64,000 bases of DNA, from contig OX442314.1 in the NCBI GenBank assembly GCA_949358305.1, positions 13,950,001 through 14,014,000 of the forward strand, given 5' to 3'. Every line of letters starts with the position of its first letter. The first letter of the stretch is position 1. This DNA comes from Strigamia acuminata. Its lineage: Eukaryota. The position numbers and the translations under genes were made by a program. Positions 1 to 19,942 of this stretch are shown piece after piece. The notes under the pieces are model-generated. The model had not been told where the DNA came from. It ran no database searches and worked only from the letters and a program-made list of their open reading frames with translations.

Positions 1-717
1 TGCATTACAATTGTTGAAAGCCTGCAGGAACTCGAAGATGCACGTTCAACTAATTAAAAATCGCTTACATATGGCTGCGCGCATTTGTTTGCTGGTAAAA
101 ATGTTGGTTTTGCGTTTATAACGAAGAGCTTGTGGCGAAATATGAAAAATTTAATTCTTATAATTTAAGAAAACAACAATTCTCATTTGGGCGTGTACTC
201 TTCTTAAAGCGATATAGTTAATGAGGTGTGGGGAGTGGGAGTTTCCTATCGATTTACGAAGACGCGGCTAAACTGCAATGAGTGTAAAATCCCATGCGAA
301 ATTCCTAGAAGCATGACTTTTTGGCACACGTGACGGGTTTATATTGGCCGCTCCCTTCCTCGACTGCTGTGGGTGCTCTTAACACACAAACCCAAACGCC
401 ATCGCTCCTAAACTCCTCTATTCCCTTCTCCACCTTCTCTGCCTATTCCCCCCTCTGGCCTCGAGCCGACTGCTCCAAAACAACCGATGAGTCATTGGAG
501 AGACCCAGACAGCGTCTGCGCCGCTTCGATTGCATGCGATAAAATATGGCGACGTGTTGTGTCGGGTCGAGCAATTGCACAAGTCGTGGCCGCCTAATTG
601 CGATTTTGTAATTCGGACGAGATAATAATTGAATTATTTTGTATGTTTGTTCGTTTTGTTTTTGTTTGTAATGAATTTGGTGTTTATTTAATTAATGTAT
701 CGATTAATTTATTTCAG

Positions 718-9184
<8,467 letters not shown>

Positions 9185-11149
9185 AGTCATAAAGCTTGTT
9201 TTGTGTAAAGACAAAAAACATTGAATGAAGGCAATTGCTCATCTCAATTGAAGACTGACTGATATTTCTCTTCATTTTAATTTCTGAGTAAATATCTATC
9301 ATATGGTATTATAGCTCACCGTTTTTTTCCACCTACATTTGAACTCACTCGATTTAGAGTGGAAAAAAATATCATAATTTTCTCTTATAATAGTAAGAGC
9401 CTACTCTCATCATCTGCATTCTATCAAAGACACGGTCAAAGTGGACGTGATTACTGTACATGAGGAATCGTGGAGGTGTACATTGCTCGATGGCAAATTG
9501 ATTGTTTACTCTCAAATATGAAATATGCTAATGTTGCCTTGTGTGCTGGTTTTGTATTGTATGTGTGTGAATTTGTGTGCTTGTGTCTACTCATATAATC
9601 GAGTCCGTTTTATCATCTTGGCCTTACATTTAACATAAAAGCTTTACAAATCTGTCTTAATGGAAACTTATCTTTTTCTCAAATTGGCTTATCAAAATAT
9701 TTTTGTTTTTAAAAGTATTTGATGTTTACATGAGCATTGTGTGCTTGTTCGAATAGAAAAGTAAAGACAAATTAATGAATAAATAAATAAATAAATAAAT
9801 AAGAAAATGAAAGCTTATTTTTGTTGATAAAATCCTCTTAAAAAGGAAAGGACACGGTTCGATCGTTCCTGTTGCCTGCATCCCGGTCACGTGCATCTTC
9901 CTTGACCCATGAGTCTCATATTGTAGGTCATTAACACCTCGCCACAATCCTTTCCTTTTTCAATAGTCCCTTTGAGCGCACGAACCAACATAGTGCAACT
10001 ATTTTTCTATAGAATAAAGGGAGACTTATTCTGTTAATTGTGTGGCGATTTTATTTATTTAGTTTTCTTTTTTTCCGCTCTATGAAATGGTGCATTTATT
10101 TTTCTTAGAAGTGTTGGATTGGAAAGTTTGTCGGACATAATCTTCTGTTTTGCTTTGTACCTTTTCGATTTGATTTCAACAAAATGGTAATCTTTGATTA
10201 CCTAAAGTGATATTGTAATAAACACCTATAAAGATAAAAAAAAATCACCTATATATTGAATAACACGGTGCTATATCTTCAGAATAAGTTAGAATCGAGA
10301 TTTTTATTTTTATTTTCTTTTAAAAGTATCTCATTTTATTTCTGTTTGTTTTTTACACTAGTCTCTGTAATTTCAATATCGAGGTAGCAGATGATTCTAT
10401 TAAGAGTTGTAACGCGTTTTTAGTTTGATGAAATTGCAGTTTTCCTTTTTTTTTTTTTTTTTTTTTACAATTTTGTACATATTAAGAGATTAAATGGAAG
10501 ATTTAAGTGATTCTTATACATAATATACATATATATATATATGAATATACTCAAATATCTTTTCTTTTTTTAAATACATGATTTGTGTTTGTTTGATTTT
10601 GTCTTTCAAAATTATGTTTCTTTTTTTAAGTCATTTATAAGCTTATTGTTTTAAATTTATCACCTAACCACATGGCATTTTTGTTATATGAATTGTAAAA
10701 TGTACTGCGTTTTTTTTTCTAAAAAAAATTTTTTCGTCTTTATTCTTAATTCAGCAAGGAGTGGTCAGATACAGAGAAAAAGGGGAATTCTGATTAAAAC
10801 AATTTGTAGCTTTGCTAGTCTCAATAGTCTTATTTGCAATAAAATTAAGAAATTGTAAGTTATTTATTACGTCAATCTACCAACCAAAACTTCAATTACA
10901 GAATATCGCAACCCAATAGTGCTCCAAGTAGACTCTAAAGGAAAAATAAATTTTAAATTTAAAAATATTAAATTTAAAAAATCGCACATATCCTATACGA
11001 TGATGACAATTTGGACACAACGTAAATGGACCACTATTAGAATCATGAAACACCTAAAACGATATTCAAAGTATACTGTGATACTTTCAGATTTATTCAA
11101 GCATTTACAAACAAAATTTTACAATTCTGTAGTTAATTCTAAGATACAG

Positions 11150-12714
11150 CTATTTGCATATCCTAAGACCATTATACCTTTATTAGGAACTATTACTATT
11201 TTGTTAACTTTAAGAAGGAGCACCTAACAGACCTCAATTATTGTGATTCGTTCTGATGGCCCTTCCATTTTGAGAAGAGATTTGATTGCTTGGTTCAATT
11301 TGTTACGCAATATTTATAATGATATAAACAAAAACAATTGTACTCCCAGGTTGAGAGAGAAGATCGTGACACCTGTTCTAGCATCTGTTTTGCAAACACA
11401 CAGGTGCCCTCCCTGGACCAAATCATCTCCTGCTCCCTTTTCCAGTCCTGTGGGTCACACTGTCCATTCCATTAGGGACTTGTCACCACGAATTATCTGA
11501 CAATATTTCAGGTGGGCATTGGTACTTAACCGGCTCTCCAGTTGAGTTGAATATTAAGCCAGATGCAATTACTATTTTTTACCGCCATTGTCTGGTGCCA
11601 TTTGCGCGCAGACAGATGGTGGACAGTGCCATCAAGGACCTTATTGACCATGGTGTCTTTGTCCCCATCCACCGCTCACAGTCGACTACTCCACTGGTGG
11701 TCAAGGCTGACGGCCTTTGCGGCGATTACAGAGCCACCATCAACCGGGTCATCGTACCAGACTCCTATCCTCTTCCGCTTATCGCAGATTTGCTCGCGGA
11801 CCTGGCCGGTGCGAGGTTCTTCACCAGCTAATATCACAAATACCATGAATCTGCGTTATTGGTCACCGTCAATACTCAACGTGGTATGATGGCGGCTACG
11901 AGGCTCGCGTTCGGGACTGTCCCTTCTTCTGGGATTTTCCAGAGGATTGTGGCGTGGATGGCGTTTTGGTATTTCAAGACGACATTCTATCGCCACTCCA
12001 ACACTGAATACCCATTATTTCACCATTAAACTGGTCTTTGACCTATTATTAGAATCTGGTCTTAAACTTAGCTTGCCTAAGTGCAGCACTAAGCTACTAC
12101 TGTGAGGTCCAATATTGGGAGGCCATATATTATCGGAGCGGGGTGTCTTGCTGTCACCGGCAAAGATAAGTGCCATCCAGCATCTTCCGCCCCCAGGGAT
12201 GTGACCACCCTAAAATCATTTCCCCCTAGCAGTCAATAGCTGCGTCATCTGTTCCTCCAGTGCAGGTCCTGCGACCGAGGGCCCTTCAATGGGATGCGCT
12301 CATCCCGCAAAATATTCCGCGCCCTTTATCGGTCAACGCCACGGATTTGGCTGCCAGGTTGCGCAGTGTTGTGGATCGCACGTCTCGGTCAACCTCAGTG
12401 GCTGACCCACCTCCACCTCGGCAGTCACAGCGGCAAAGACGTCCACCACCGAGACTTGCTGCCTATGACACAACTTCGAAAAGATAGGGGAAAGGATGTT
12501 CTGTATCATACTTGCCATTTTCCTATGCCATTGTATAACAACCTGTAACAATATTTCCTGTACGTTGCTAGGCACTAATTTGCTTAGCAACACTTTTCCT
12601 TTGGCTTTAATAATAATTAATAAACCAGTCGACATCCAAATCTACTTCTGTGTTGCCGTGTCATTTCTTTGGGCCTCCAAGGCCTACTTGGGCCCTAATT
12701 CTTGCATTCCATCA
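11150..12714 (+). mobile_element. Degenerate, internally deleted Ty3/gypsy (Mag-like) LTR retrotransposon with a 3' LTR
   Basis: Protease C-terminal remnant (DGPSILRRDLI). RT N-terminus VPFARRQMVD...LCGDYRATINRVIVPDSYPLPLIADLLADLAGARFF. FQDDI (YxDD-like) near 11970-11990. Integrase tail PPPRQSQRQRRPPPRL. Polypurine tract AAAAGATAGGGGAAAGGA directly followed by TGTT at 12497. Many stops and frameshifts; left boundary approximate. Confidence 0.85.
12497..12714 (+). repeat. Putative 3' LTR of the gypsy remnant
   Basis: Starts TG directly after the polypurine tract, contains AATAAA at 12619-12624, plausible CA end at 12713-12714. No second copy in the window to confirm the right boundary. Confidence 0.6.
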
Positions 12715-13830
12715 TTGTGGACAATTGAATTAAGTGATGACTAGCAAGTAATTAAATAAATGAATGTATAACTTTAACGAAACAAAAATAGTCGCCTATT
12801 TCTAATGCTTGATGATTTTCCCACTTTTATTTTCTGTATGAAACGTTTATTTTTGTTTCAAAAATTGTAGTTTTTCATTAAAATGTATTCAGACACCGAA
12901 TGCATCTCTTTTTGCATCTCATTTTCCTTAACTTTTGCGTTTTGTATTTTGATTAATTGACAATAAAAGATGCATGCTGAAACAAACTTTATTACTACAA
13001 CTTATTAAACATTTCATCCATTAATTTGTATAATATTAGTATAGTATACACAGGAATAGTTTTTGACAAAACAACATTTTATCAAATTAATTATTTTTAC
13101 AAACAGCAGCGATTCACAAAACAACATTTCATAAAAATACATATATAATCTTTTATTGATGTAACCATGATGACATTGGAAGAAAAAAGCTATTTATTGG
13201 TCCCATAACTCTTGGTTATCATCAATAATTGAACGCGTAATATATTATCTCCATAATTTCATTGGAATTGGTCCCTCGATTTCTTTAAACATTGGTCCCA
13301 TGATTTCATTAAATTGGTCCCCCAAACCATGGTCTCATCAACAATATGCAATAATAATAAATAAACTATCCCCGTTAGGAAATTGTGTTAAGAAAGAAAT
13401 AATTCTTAATTGGTCCGCGTTTTAAGTATACCTGTGCTCTGCTCTCTACATTAAATTTACATTACATTTTAGTGAATTTTAAGTGAATTTAAGTGGTGTA
13501 AATCACCTAAAAGCAACCTTGAAATTGCCTGCTAAAAAAGTGCAAGAATGGGAGGAACTTCAGGAATTCAGTATACAATTATAAAACATGCTCTATTTTA
13601 AAAAGTTGTTATAAAAAATAAGAAAACTAATGAGATTATTATAATTTATAATAACAAAAACCGGATGTAAAACTTTAAAAAATAAATAATTATTTCTAAG
13701 AAAATTGGAAAATAATTACTGACATTAGAACTAACACATATCTTTACTTTAGAATTGTCCAATCAACCACATAAAACATAACATGCTATAAATACTTTAG
13801 TGCGGTGTTGTCAGTTGGAGTTAGTTGCCT

Positions 13831-16507
13831 TTAGTTTCGTATAAGCGTGAGAAATTCCTCTCGTGTTTTGGGGTCTTCACGAAACACGCCCAGCATACAA
13901 CTGGTCGTAGTTTTGCTCGACGTCTTTTGAACTCCCCTCATCACCATACACATGTGCCTATTCAAAAAACATTTTTCATTAAGTTTATTCTTAATTTATT
14001 TCAGTTCGTACTTGGCTTCGATCACAACTCCGACACCTGAAGGTTGAACTGCTTGAGTCAAAGCCACTGCTATTTGCTTAGTCAATCTTTCTTGAACTGC
14101 AAAATAAAGAAAAATTGTAATGAAAATGATAACTGCAATGAAAAAAAGAGCTAACCTTGTAATCTTCTGCTGAACACTTCCACAATACTATAAAGAAATA
14201 GAAAAAACAATTGATACCTGTAAGTATTGTTATTGTAAGTATTTAAGTGCATACCGTGCTAATTTGCTTAGTCCTAGAACTCTCTTGTTAGGTAAATATC
14301 CAATAGAGACCTAAAATAAAAATGATTCTAATCAGGAATGTTCATTTACTTCCACTGAATTACATTATGCTCATTCATTATGTTATGTTATAGATAATAG
14401 ATAACATAAATTATGTTATCTATCCTCATTTTATAAATTAATTTTTTTGCACACCTTTCCAATAAATGGTACCAAATGATGTTCACACAGAGAAAACATT
14501 TCGATGTCTTTCACAATCACCATCTCGTCGTGGTCTTCATCAAATATTGCATCGTTGACTAAATCTGATAAATAAATGAAAATAAACAATTTTTTTTTAA
14601 TCGTAACATTATTTTGAACGACATAATAATTTTTTTTAATGAAGTAATTGAATATGGTTAGATAAGTAATCATGAAAATCAGTTTTCAAATTTCAGCGTT
14701 CCGCCTTCATATTTCTCAACATGTGATCAATCAAATTCGTTTATTACGCAATTTCTCATCACCACTACATCATCGTAATGCATCACTCTGAAATTCCCGT
14801 TTTATAAATTTCCCCGACAATTAATCCCCTATATAAAAAATTTTTTTTCAGAACTATGTCAGCACCCATTAATTGTAGCCATTGGCTATATCCAACCACA
14901 AGTGGTTTTGTCAGCAGTGGGAAAGAGTTGCGCTCGGCTAGATTTGTTGCCATGGCAACCCAAAGTCGATGCTTGGTGAATTTCCACTTTTCGTTGCTTC
15001 CTCTTTTTCAAAATTTCCCCAAAATCCTTAAAGAATATGGTGATTTTAATTATTAATCATATTCTGAGTGTGCGATCGATTTTTCGACTACGTATCATTA
15101 TTCATTATCCTCGAGTGATGTTAAGTCAACGGGAAATTGAACGTTGATCTTATTTTAACAGTAATCGATTATCAAATCGTCGAGACTACTATTTCGGAAA
15201 TTAAGATTGACTTCCTGTCAAAATAAAAATTTATAATGTCATAATAGATGGGGGAGAAAAAATCTTTTGCTTATCAGTTGAAAATGACCAGGTCAGAGTT
15301 CCTAATGATCATGGTATTGACACTATCAGTTGAGTTTCCATGACAACCGGAGCAAAGTGTAAGAATTAAGTTCACGCGACCAATTTTATTCATACAATAA
15401 AATATAAATAAAACATAACTATAAAAATGCTCTATCTTTTAATAGTGGCGAAACATGTAATCAATAAGGGGTTTCATTAAATGAGTAAGGGGTTTCATTA
15501 AATAAGTAAGGGGTTTCATTAAATGAGTGATTAGTTGATTACTTTGATTACTTTGATTACCTAGTTGATTATTTGATGTATCATGAGACTGGATTCAACC
15601 AATCCTGAGAATAATCATTTCATCACATAAGCAACTATAAATCAAGTAATCAAGTAATCAAGTAATCATCCCAAACCATGATTTTCTGCTGACTTGAGCC
15701 GATTATAAGTGCTCTCTCAACTCAAACTCAAAGTAATCAACTAATCACTCATTTAATGAAACTCCTTAATATATAAGGACCTTGCAAGATTTTGCCATTG
15801 CCACTACTAAATTTGAGTAAATTTGAGAATTTTCATCGAATACGAACAAACGTTTACGGGAGCGGTCGTTACGCCACCGGTATATCATCCTAGATTAATC
15901 TCTTATCATATCATGAACTAATCAAGATCAAAATAATAAATAAAATAAAAATTTGTATGAATTTTGTGAAAAATTCTCTCGAAACAGTTCAGATATGAAA
16001 AAAACAAAAACCGCTAAACACAATGATTACTACAGAAAACAAAAAATGTATTTAAGTAGGTCGAGCGGTCAAAAAACTGAGCCGATGTATGATTCTGCCT
16101 GTGCGCTAATTGCATGAGGTAATAAAAGAAGTAACTAAAGAGTTCTTATTGTTACCTTCCACTTTTTCCTCGTATCCTTTGGTAAAATAGAGCATCGCTT
16201 TGGCCGCTCTTTCGGGAGTTCGGAGGAGGCCTTGCCGGTGAGGATCTTCTCCCATATTTCGCAGCAGTAGTTTATAGGCGTTTGCCATTTCTGGAAGTAG
16301 GTCTTCACGGTACCCCAAGGGTGAGGATGACCTAAAGTGGCTCCGAGCTGGTAATAATTCTTGTCTGTCAAGTGCGAGAGTGTCAGCTGTCTTTTTCGTT
16401 TTTTCGAGGAAGTCCGTGTTGTTGTAAAATGAGTCGTGGCCATTGATTTGGATTTTGCTTCGTAGAGATTCAGGGAATGTTGAGTTGGATGTGATTTTCA
16501 TGTCCAT
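13831..16507 (-). CDS. GCH1: GTP cyclohydrolase I
   Basis: Exons 16507-16156, 14564-14455, 14310-14255, 14187-14156, 14096-14012, 13957-13831 (TAA). Motifs [84 protein letters not shown]. Confidence 0.97.
14946..14959. promoter_or_regulatory. Perfect palindromic RFX X-box in GCH1 intron 1
   Basis: GTTGCCATGGCAAC, the 14-bp X-box consensus. Function not demonstrated. Confidence 0.55.
15334..15347. promoter_or_regulatory. Second RFX X-box-like site in GCH1 intron 1
   Basis: GTTTCCATGACAAC fits GTNNYY-AT-RRNAAC. Confidence 0.45.
15465..15768. mobile_element. MITE with about 40-bp terminal inverted repeats; left terminal 21-mer present in three tandem copies
   Basis: TAAGGGGTTTCATTAAATGAGTGATTAGTTGATTACTTTGA (from 15507) is the reverse complement, with one mismatch, of TCAAAGTAATCAACTAATCACTCATTTAATGAAACTCCTTA (ending 15768). 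Internal TTGATTAC/GTAATCAA sub-repeats. Confidence 0.8.
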
Positions 16508-17367
16508 CTTGTTCCGTGCGTGCGTTTATCGGTCTACTGTGTACTGCAGCTGATTCAGGATAATTGATTCAGTGATGGAAACAGTTGCGAGTTTTGTTCT
16601 GTTACCCGCCTACAGATGGCGAGGGAATGCCTGGGTGTGCAGCGCAGGTCCGCCGGATCCGCGTCAGAGGGGAAATTTTTTTTATTCAATGAAATCTGAA
16701 CAGTAAACTGAGAATAATATATTTTGCAATTCATTGCGGAAGAATTTGGGTTTTTTTTTTATTTCTCATCAGACATAAATTTTTTTTCTCAAGAAATATA
16801 AATCCCACTATTTACGTATTGTGTGAGAAAAACCCACCAAAAAAACGAAAAAATTGTGTTTTGGAGAATGAATTGTTTACTCTAAGTAGAATTTGTCGTA
16901 TGTTTGATTTCATACGTTTATGATTGAATTTCGGCATTTATAATACTATAGTGTCTGATAAGATCCGTTCTCTCCATTCTTACGTCATAATAGAAACTGA
17001 AACAAGGACAAGTAGAAAGTTCTAATCAGGCATCATTCTTCTTTCAGTAGTATGTTTAGAATTTATATTTTTCTAATTTACGTAGAAAAAAATTGTTTTT
17101 TCTTTTTTCTGTAGATCGCATTTTTGCATCCTTTTCAACTTTTCAATTTCTATTCTACCATTTAATCGAGGACACCACAAACATCCACATGAATGAAAGC
17201 TTGAAATTTTTATTTCTGCATCTGTTAGCAGAGTGATTTATTATCATTTCCAACTGCGGAATTATGCACGTGTGCGAGCGGACAGAAGACAAGGTCAACG
17301 TAGCATTATCGCGATTTTCAATTCATCTTATCAGTCTATTGATTGGACTGGATTAGTTTTTAAAAAA

Positions 17368-18744
17368 ATGTCGAATTCAAGCTCAAGGATTGTGTGCTTG
17401 GGAAGTATTATGTGCGATTTGATGTGGTACGAACAAAATTGATGAATTATCGTAGTTTAATCTTAATTAACTGCCAATTTAATTCTATTCAGTTACGTGC
17501 CACGACTTCCCAAACCAGGAGAATCACTCCCAGGTTGTACAGTTGTGCCTGGAAATGGCGGAAAGGGGGCCAACCCGGCCGTGGCTGCAACACGTCTGGG
17601 AGGGAATGTTTCGTTGATAGGAAAAGTAGATTTTAACCAACTGAATCGCTTAGCGCAAACATAAATTAAGAAATGTTGTCTTTAGATTGGCAATGATAAT
17701 ATTGCCCAAGGAATTTTGGACTCTATGAAACAAATGAATTTGAATTCAGGTACGGTATTCAATTAGCGGAATAAAATAAATTAATATAATTAAACATAAG
17801 TTTGGATATAATTTTTAGAATTTGTTTTTCAAACATCACAAGCAACCACGGGAACTGCTGTTATTATGGTGGAAAAAAATGGTAGCAATTCGGCTTTTCA
17901 TTTTCTTCTATAAATTTCAATTTTTCTTATTAAATTCAAGGTGAAAACAGGATTATCGTTGCTGCTGGAGCCAACTTACTTCTAACACCGGAAGAAGTAA
18001 CAAAAGCTGAAAAAACAATTCAAAATTGTAAAGTTTTTACCTGCAATTTTGAAACAAATATGGAGGCAACGAAAATGGGATTAAAAATTGCTCACAAACA
18101 TGGAGGTTGTGTCAAAAAAATCCAAGCATTCACTTAATTTCTTAATTCACTTAATTTTTTTTTAGTTAAAAGTATTGTTAATGCTGCACCAGCTGTTGCA
18201 AATCCTGATGAGGAATTCTATAAAATGAGCACGATTTTCTGCGTGAACGAAACTGAGGCATGTAATTTCTAATTTTAAATTGTTTAGAAAATACTAAGTA
18301 CTTTAATTTTAGGCCGAAATTATCACGGGAATGACAGCACCTGAAACAAGTTACGAGAGGATGATTGCAACGTTATTGAAACGTGGCTGTAAAAATGTAA
18401 TTCTCACGACGGGGGAGAAAGGTGTACTTTTAGGTACCGCGAACAACCCAGAATGCGTTACCATTCCAGCACCTAAAGTTACCGCCGTCGACACTACGGT
18501 TGGTATCATAAATAAAATACGGAGTAGTTGTTAACATTATTAAAAGTATATTTTCTTTTCCAATTAGGGTGCTGGAGATGCGTTCGTTGGCTCATTAGCT
18601 TATTACATAGCGTATCATCCGAATTTAAGTTTAAATGAACAAATTCGTCGTGCTTGCTTTTATGCATCCGATTCTGTTCGGAAGCCGGGAACTCAAAGCA
18701 GTTACGCCAAGAAGAATGAATTACCATCCGAATTGTTTGATTAA
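17368..18744 (+). CDS. RBKS: Ribokinase (PfkB family)
   Basis: Eight short exons from ATG 17368 to TAA 18742-18744. IVCLGSIMCDL, RLPKPGES, GGKGANPAVAATRLG, GENRIIVAAGANLLL, VNAAPA, FCVNETEAE, and the PfkB signature VDTTGAGDAFVGSL. Confidence 0.92.
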
Positions 18745-18803
18745 TTTGACAATTCTATTTTAATTAATAATGTAAACAAGGCAAAAGTAAAGATGTATTC
18801 TTG

Positions 18804-19103
18804 CTATTTAATTGAGCGTATTTTTTTTACTTCTTTGTAAACACTTTTTTGGCGAACTAGAAATAAAATAATAACTCGTTATTTCGATCATTCAATTAGA
18901 GGTCATTGATTTGATTAAGATTACTGTAAGGATCATATCCAATAAATTCGAGTTTGTCTGCCGTTCTTTCCCGGCTAGCGACTTTCATGTGTCCGGTGAC
19001 CATGCTTCGCAGCATCACCAGCACGCTCCTAAAACAACATAAATTCATATATTTTCTAACGAGAATATATTAGCAGAACTTACTTGGCTTTAGTTTTAGT
19101 CAT
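18804..19103 (-). CDS. MRPL33: Mitochondrial ribosomal protein L33 (58 aa, 3 exons; absent from the ORF track)
   Basis: Exons 19103-19084, 19028-18925, 18856-18804 with GT-AG sites give MTKTKAKSVLVMLRSMVTGHMKVASRERTADKLEFIGYDPYIRQKSVYKEVKKIRSIK*. This matches the bL33m pattern (DKL...YDP...Y.E.KKIRS). Confidence 0.9.
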
Positions 19104-19942
19104 AATTCGCGTATCGTCGTTTTTTACACGAAAAACTAGACAGTCGTGAGCTTTTATGCTACGAAATAAACATGGAAACCTATAAAGATCTGTTCTTTCC
19201 GTAGCGTGTCATAATTAAATGAGTTGTAACTACATAAAATCACAATAGATGGCAGTTTTATTTAATCGTTCAAATCCAACCTCAACTTTTACTCACATAA
19301 ACCCTACATAAGATTTCTTTCGCTATTTCATTCAACAGAAATTAATGTATTTCGATTTTCTAAAAAATTAAAAAATATATATACTTTTACTCTATTTAAT
19401 ATTCCAATTATGATTACACAATCTATCAAAAAAGTTATTTTCTTTAATTGCTTAATTGAAACCAATTGTCTTACCAATAAACATCAACATTTACTAAGTT
19501 TACATGGGCCAACTTTTTTGTAAAAGTAAAAAGTATTTTTCATTAAAATATAACATTTGTTTCCATTACAAAAATTAGTTTTGTTTACATAGCAAATTGA
19601 ATTTTCAGGTTGTTGGAAAAGAGGACCCGTGTAAACATAGGGCCAAGTGATTGATCCAAATAATCACAAAGATTGATTACCTTACCCAATATTATTCGAC
19701 ACTTTTGTGTATTTATGTAATCATTATACATACTACAACGTATGGTGAAAAAACTTAAATTCATCACTTGATGAAACAAAACAATTGTAAATTCATGTGC
19801 TTCTAAAACACAAAAAATAACATGGTCCAGAGAAAAGGAAAATATTTTGTCATGTTATAGAACTTTTAAAACATTTGTGTGAAAAAATGCAATTCGGCAG
19901 TATTCTGTAATCCCAGTGAAACCTTATTTCCTATCCTGTACA

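Noticed and set aside
488..570. Possible alternative first exon of the PLEKHH-like gene (MSHWRDPDSV...)
   Set aside because: No convincing in-phase donor; cannot be supported without transcripts.
13190..13420. Scattered ATTGGTCCC motifs
   Set aside because: Probably a decayed repeat; no termini or periodicity could be defined.
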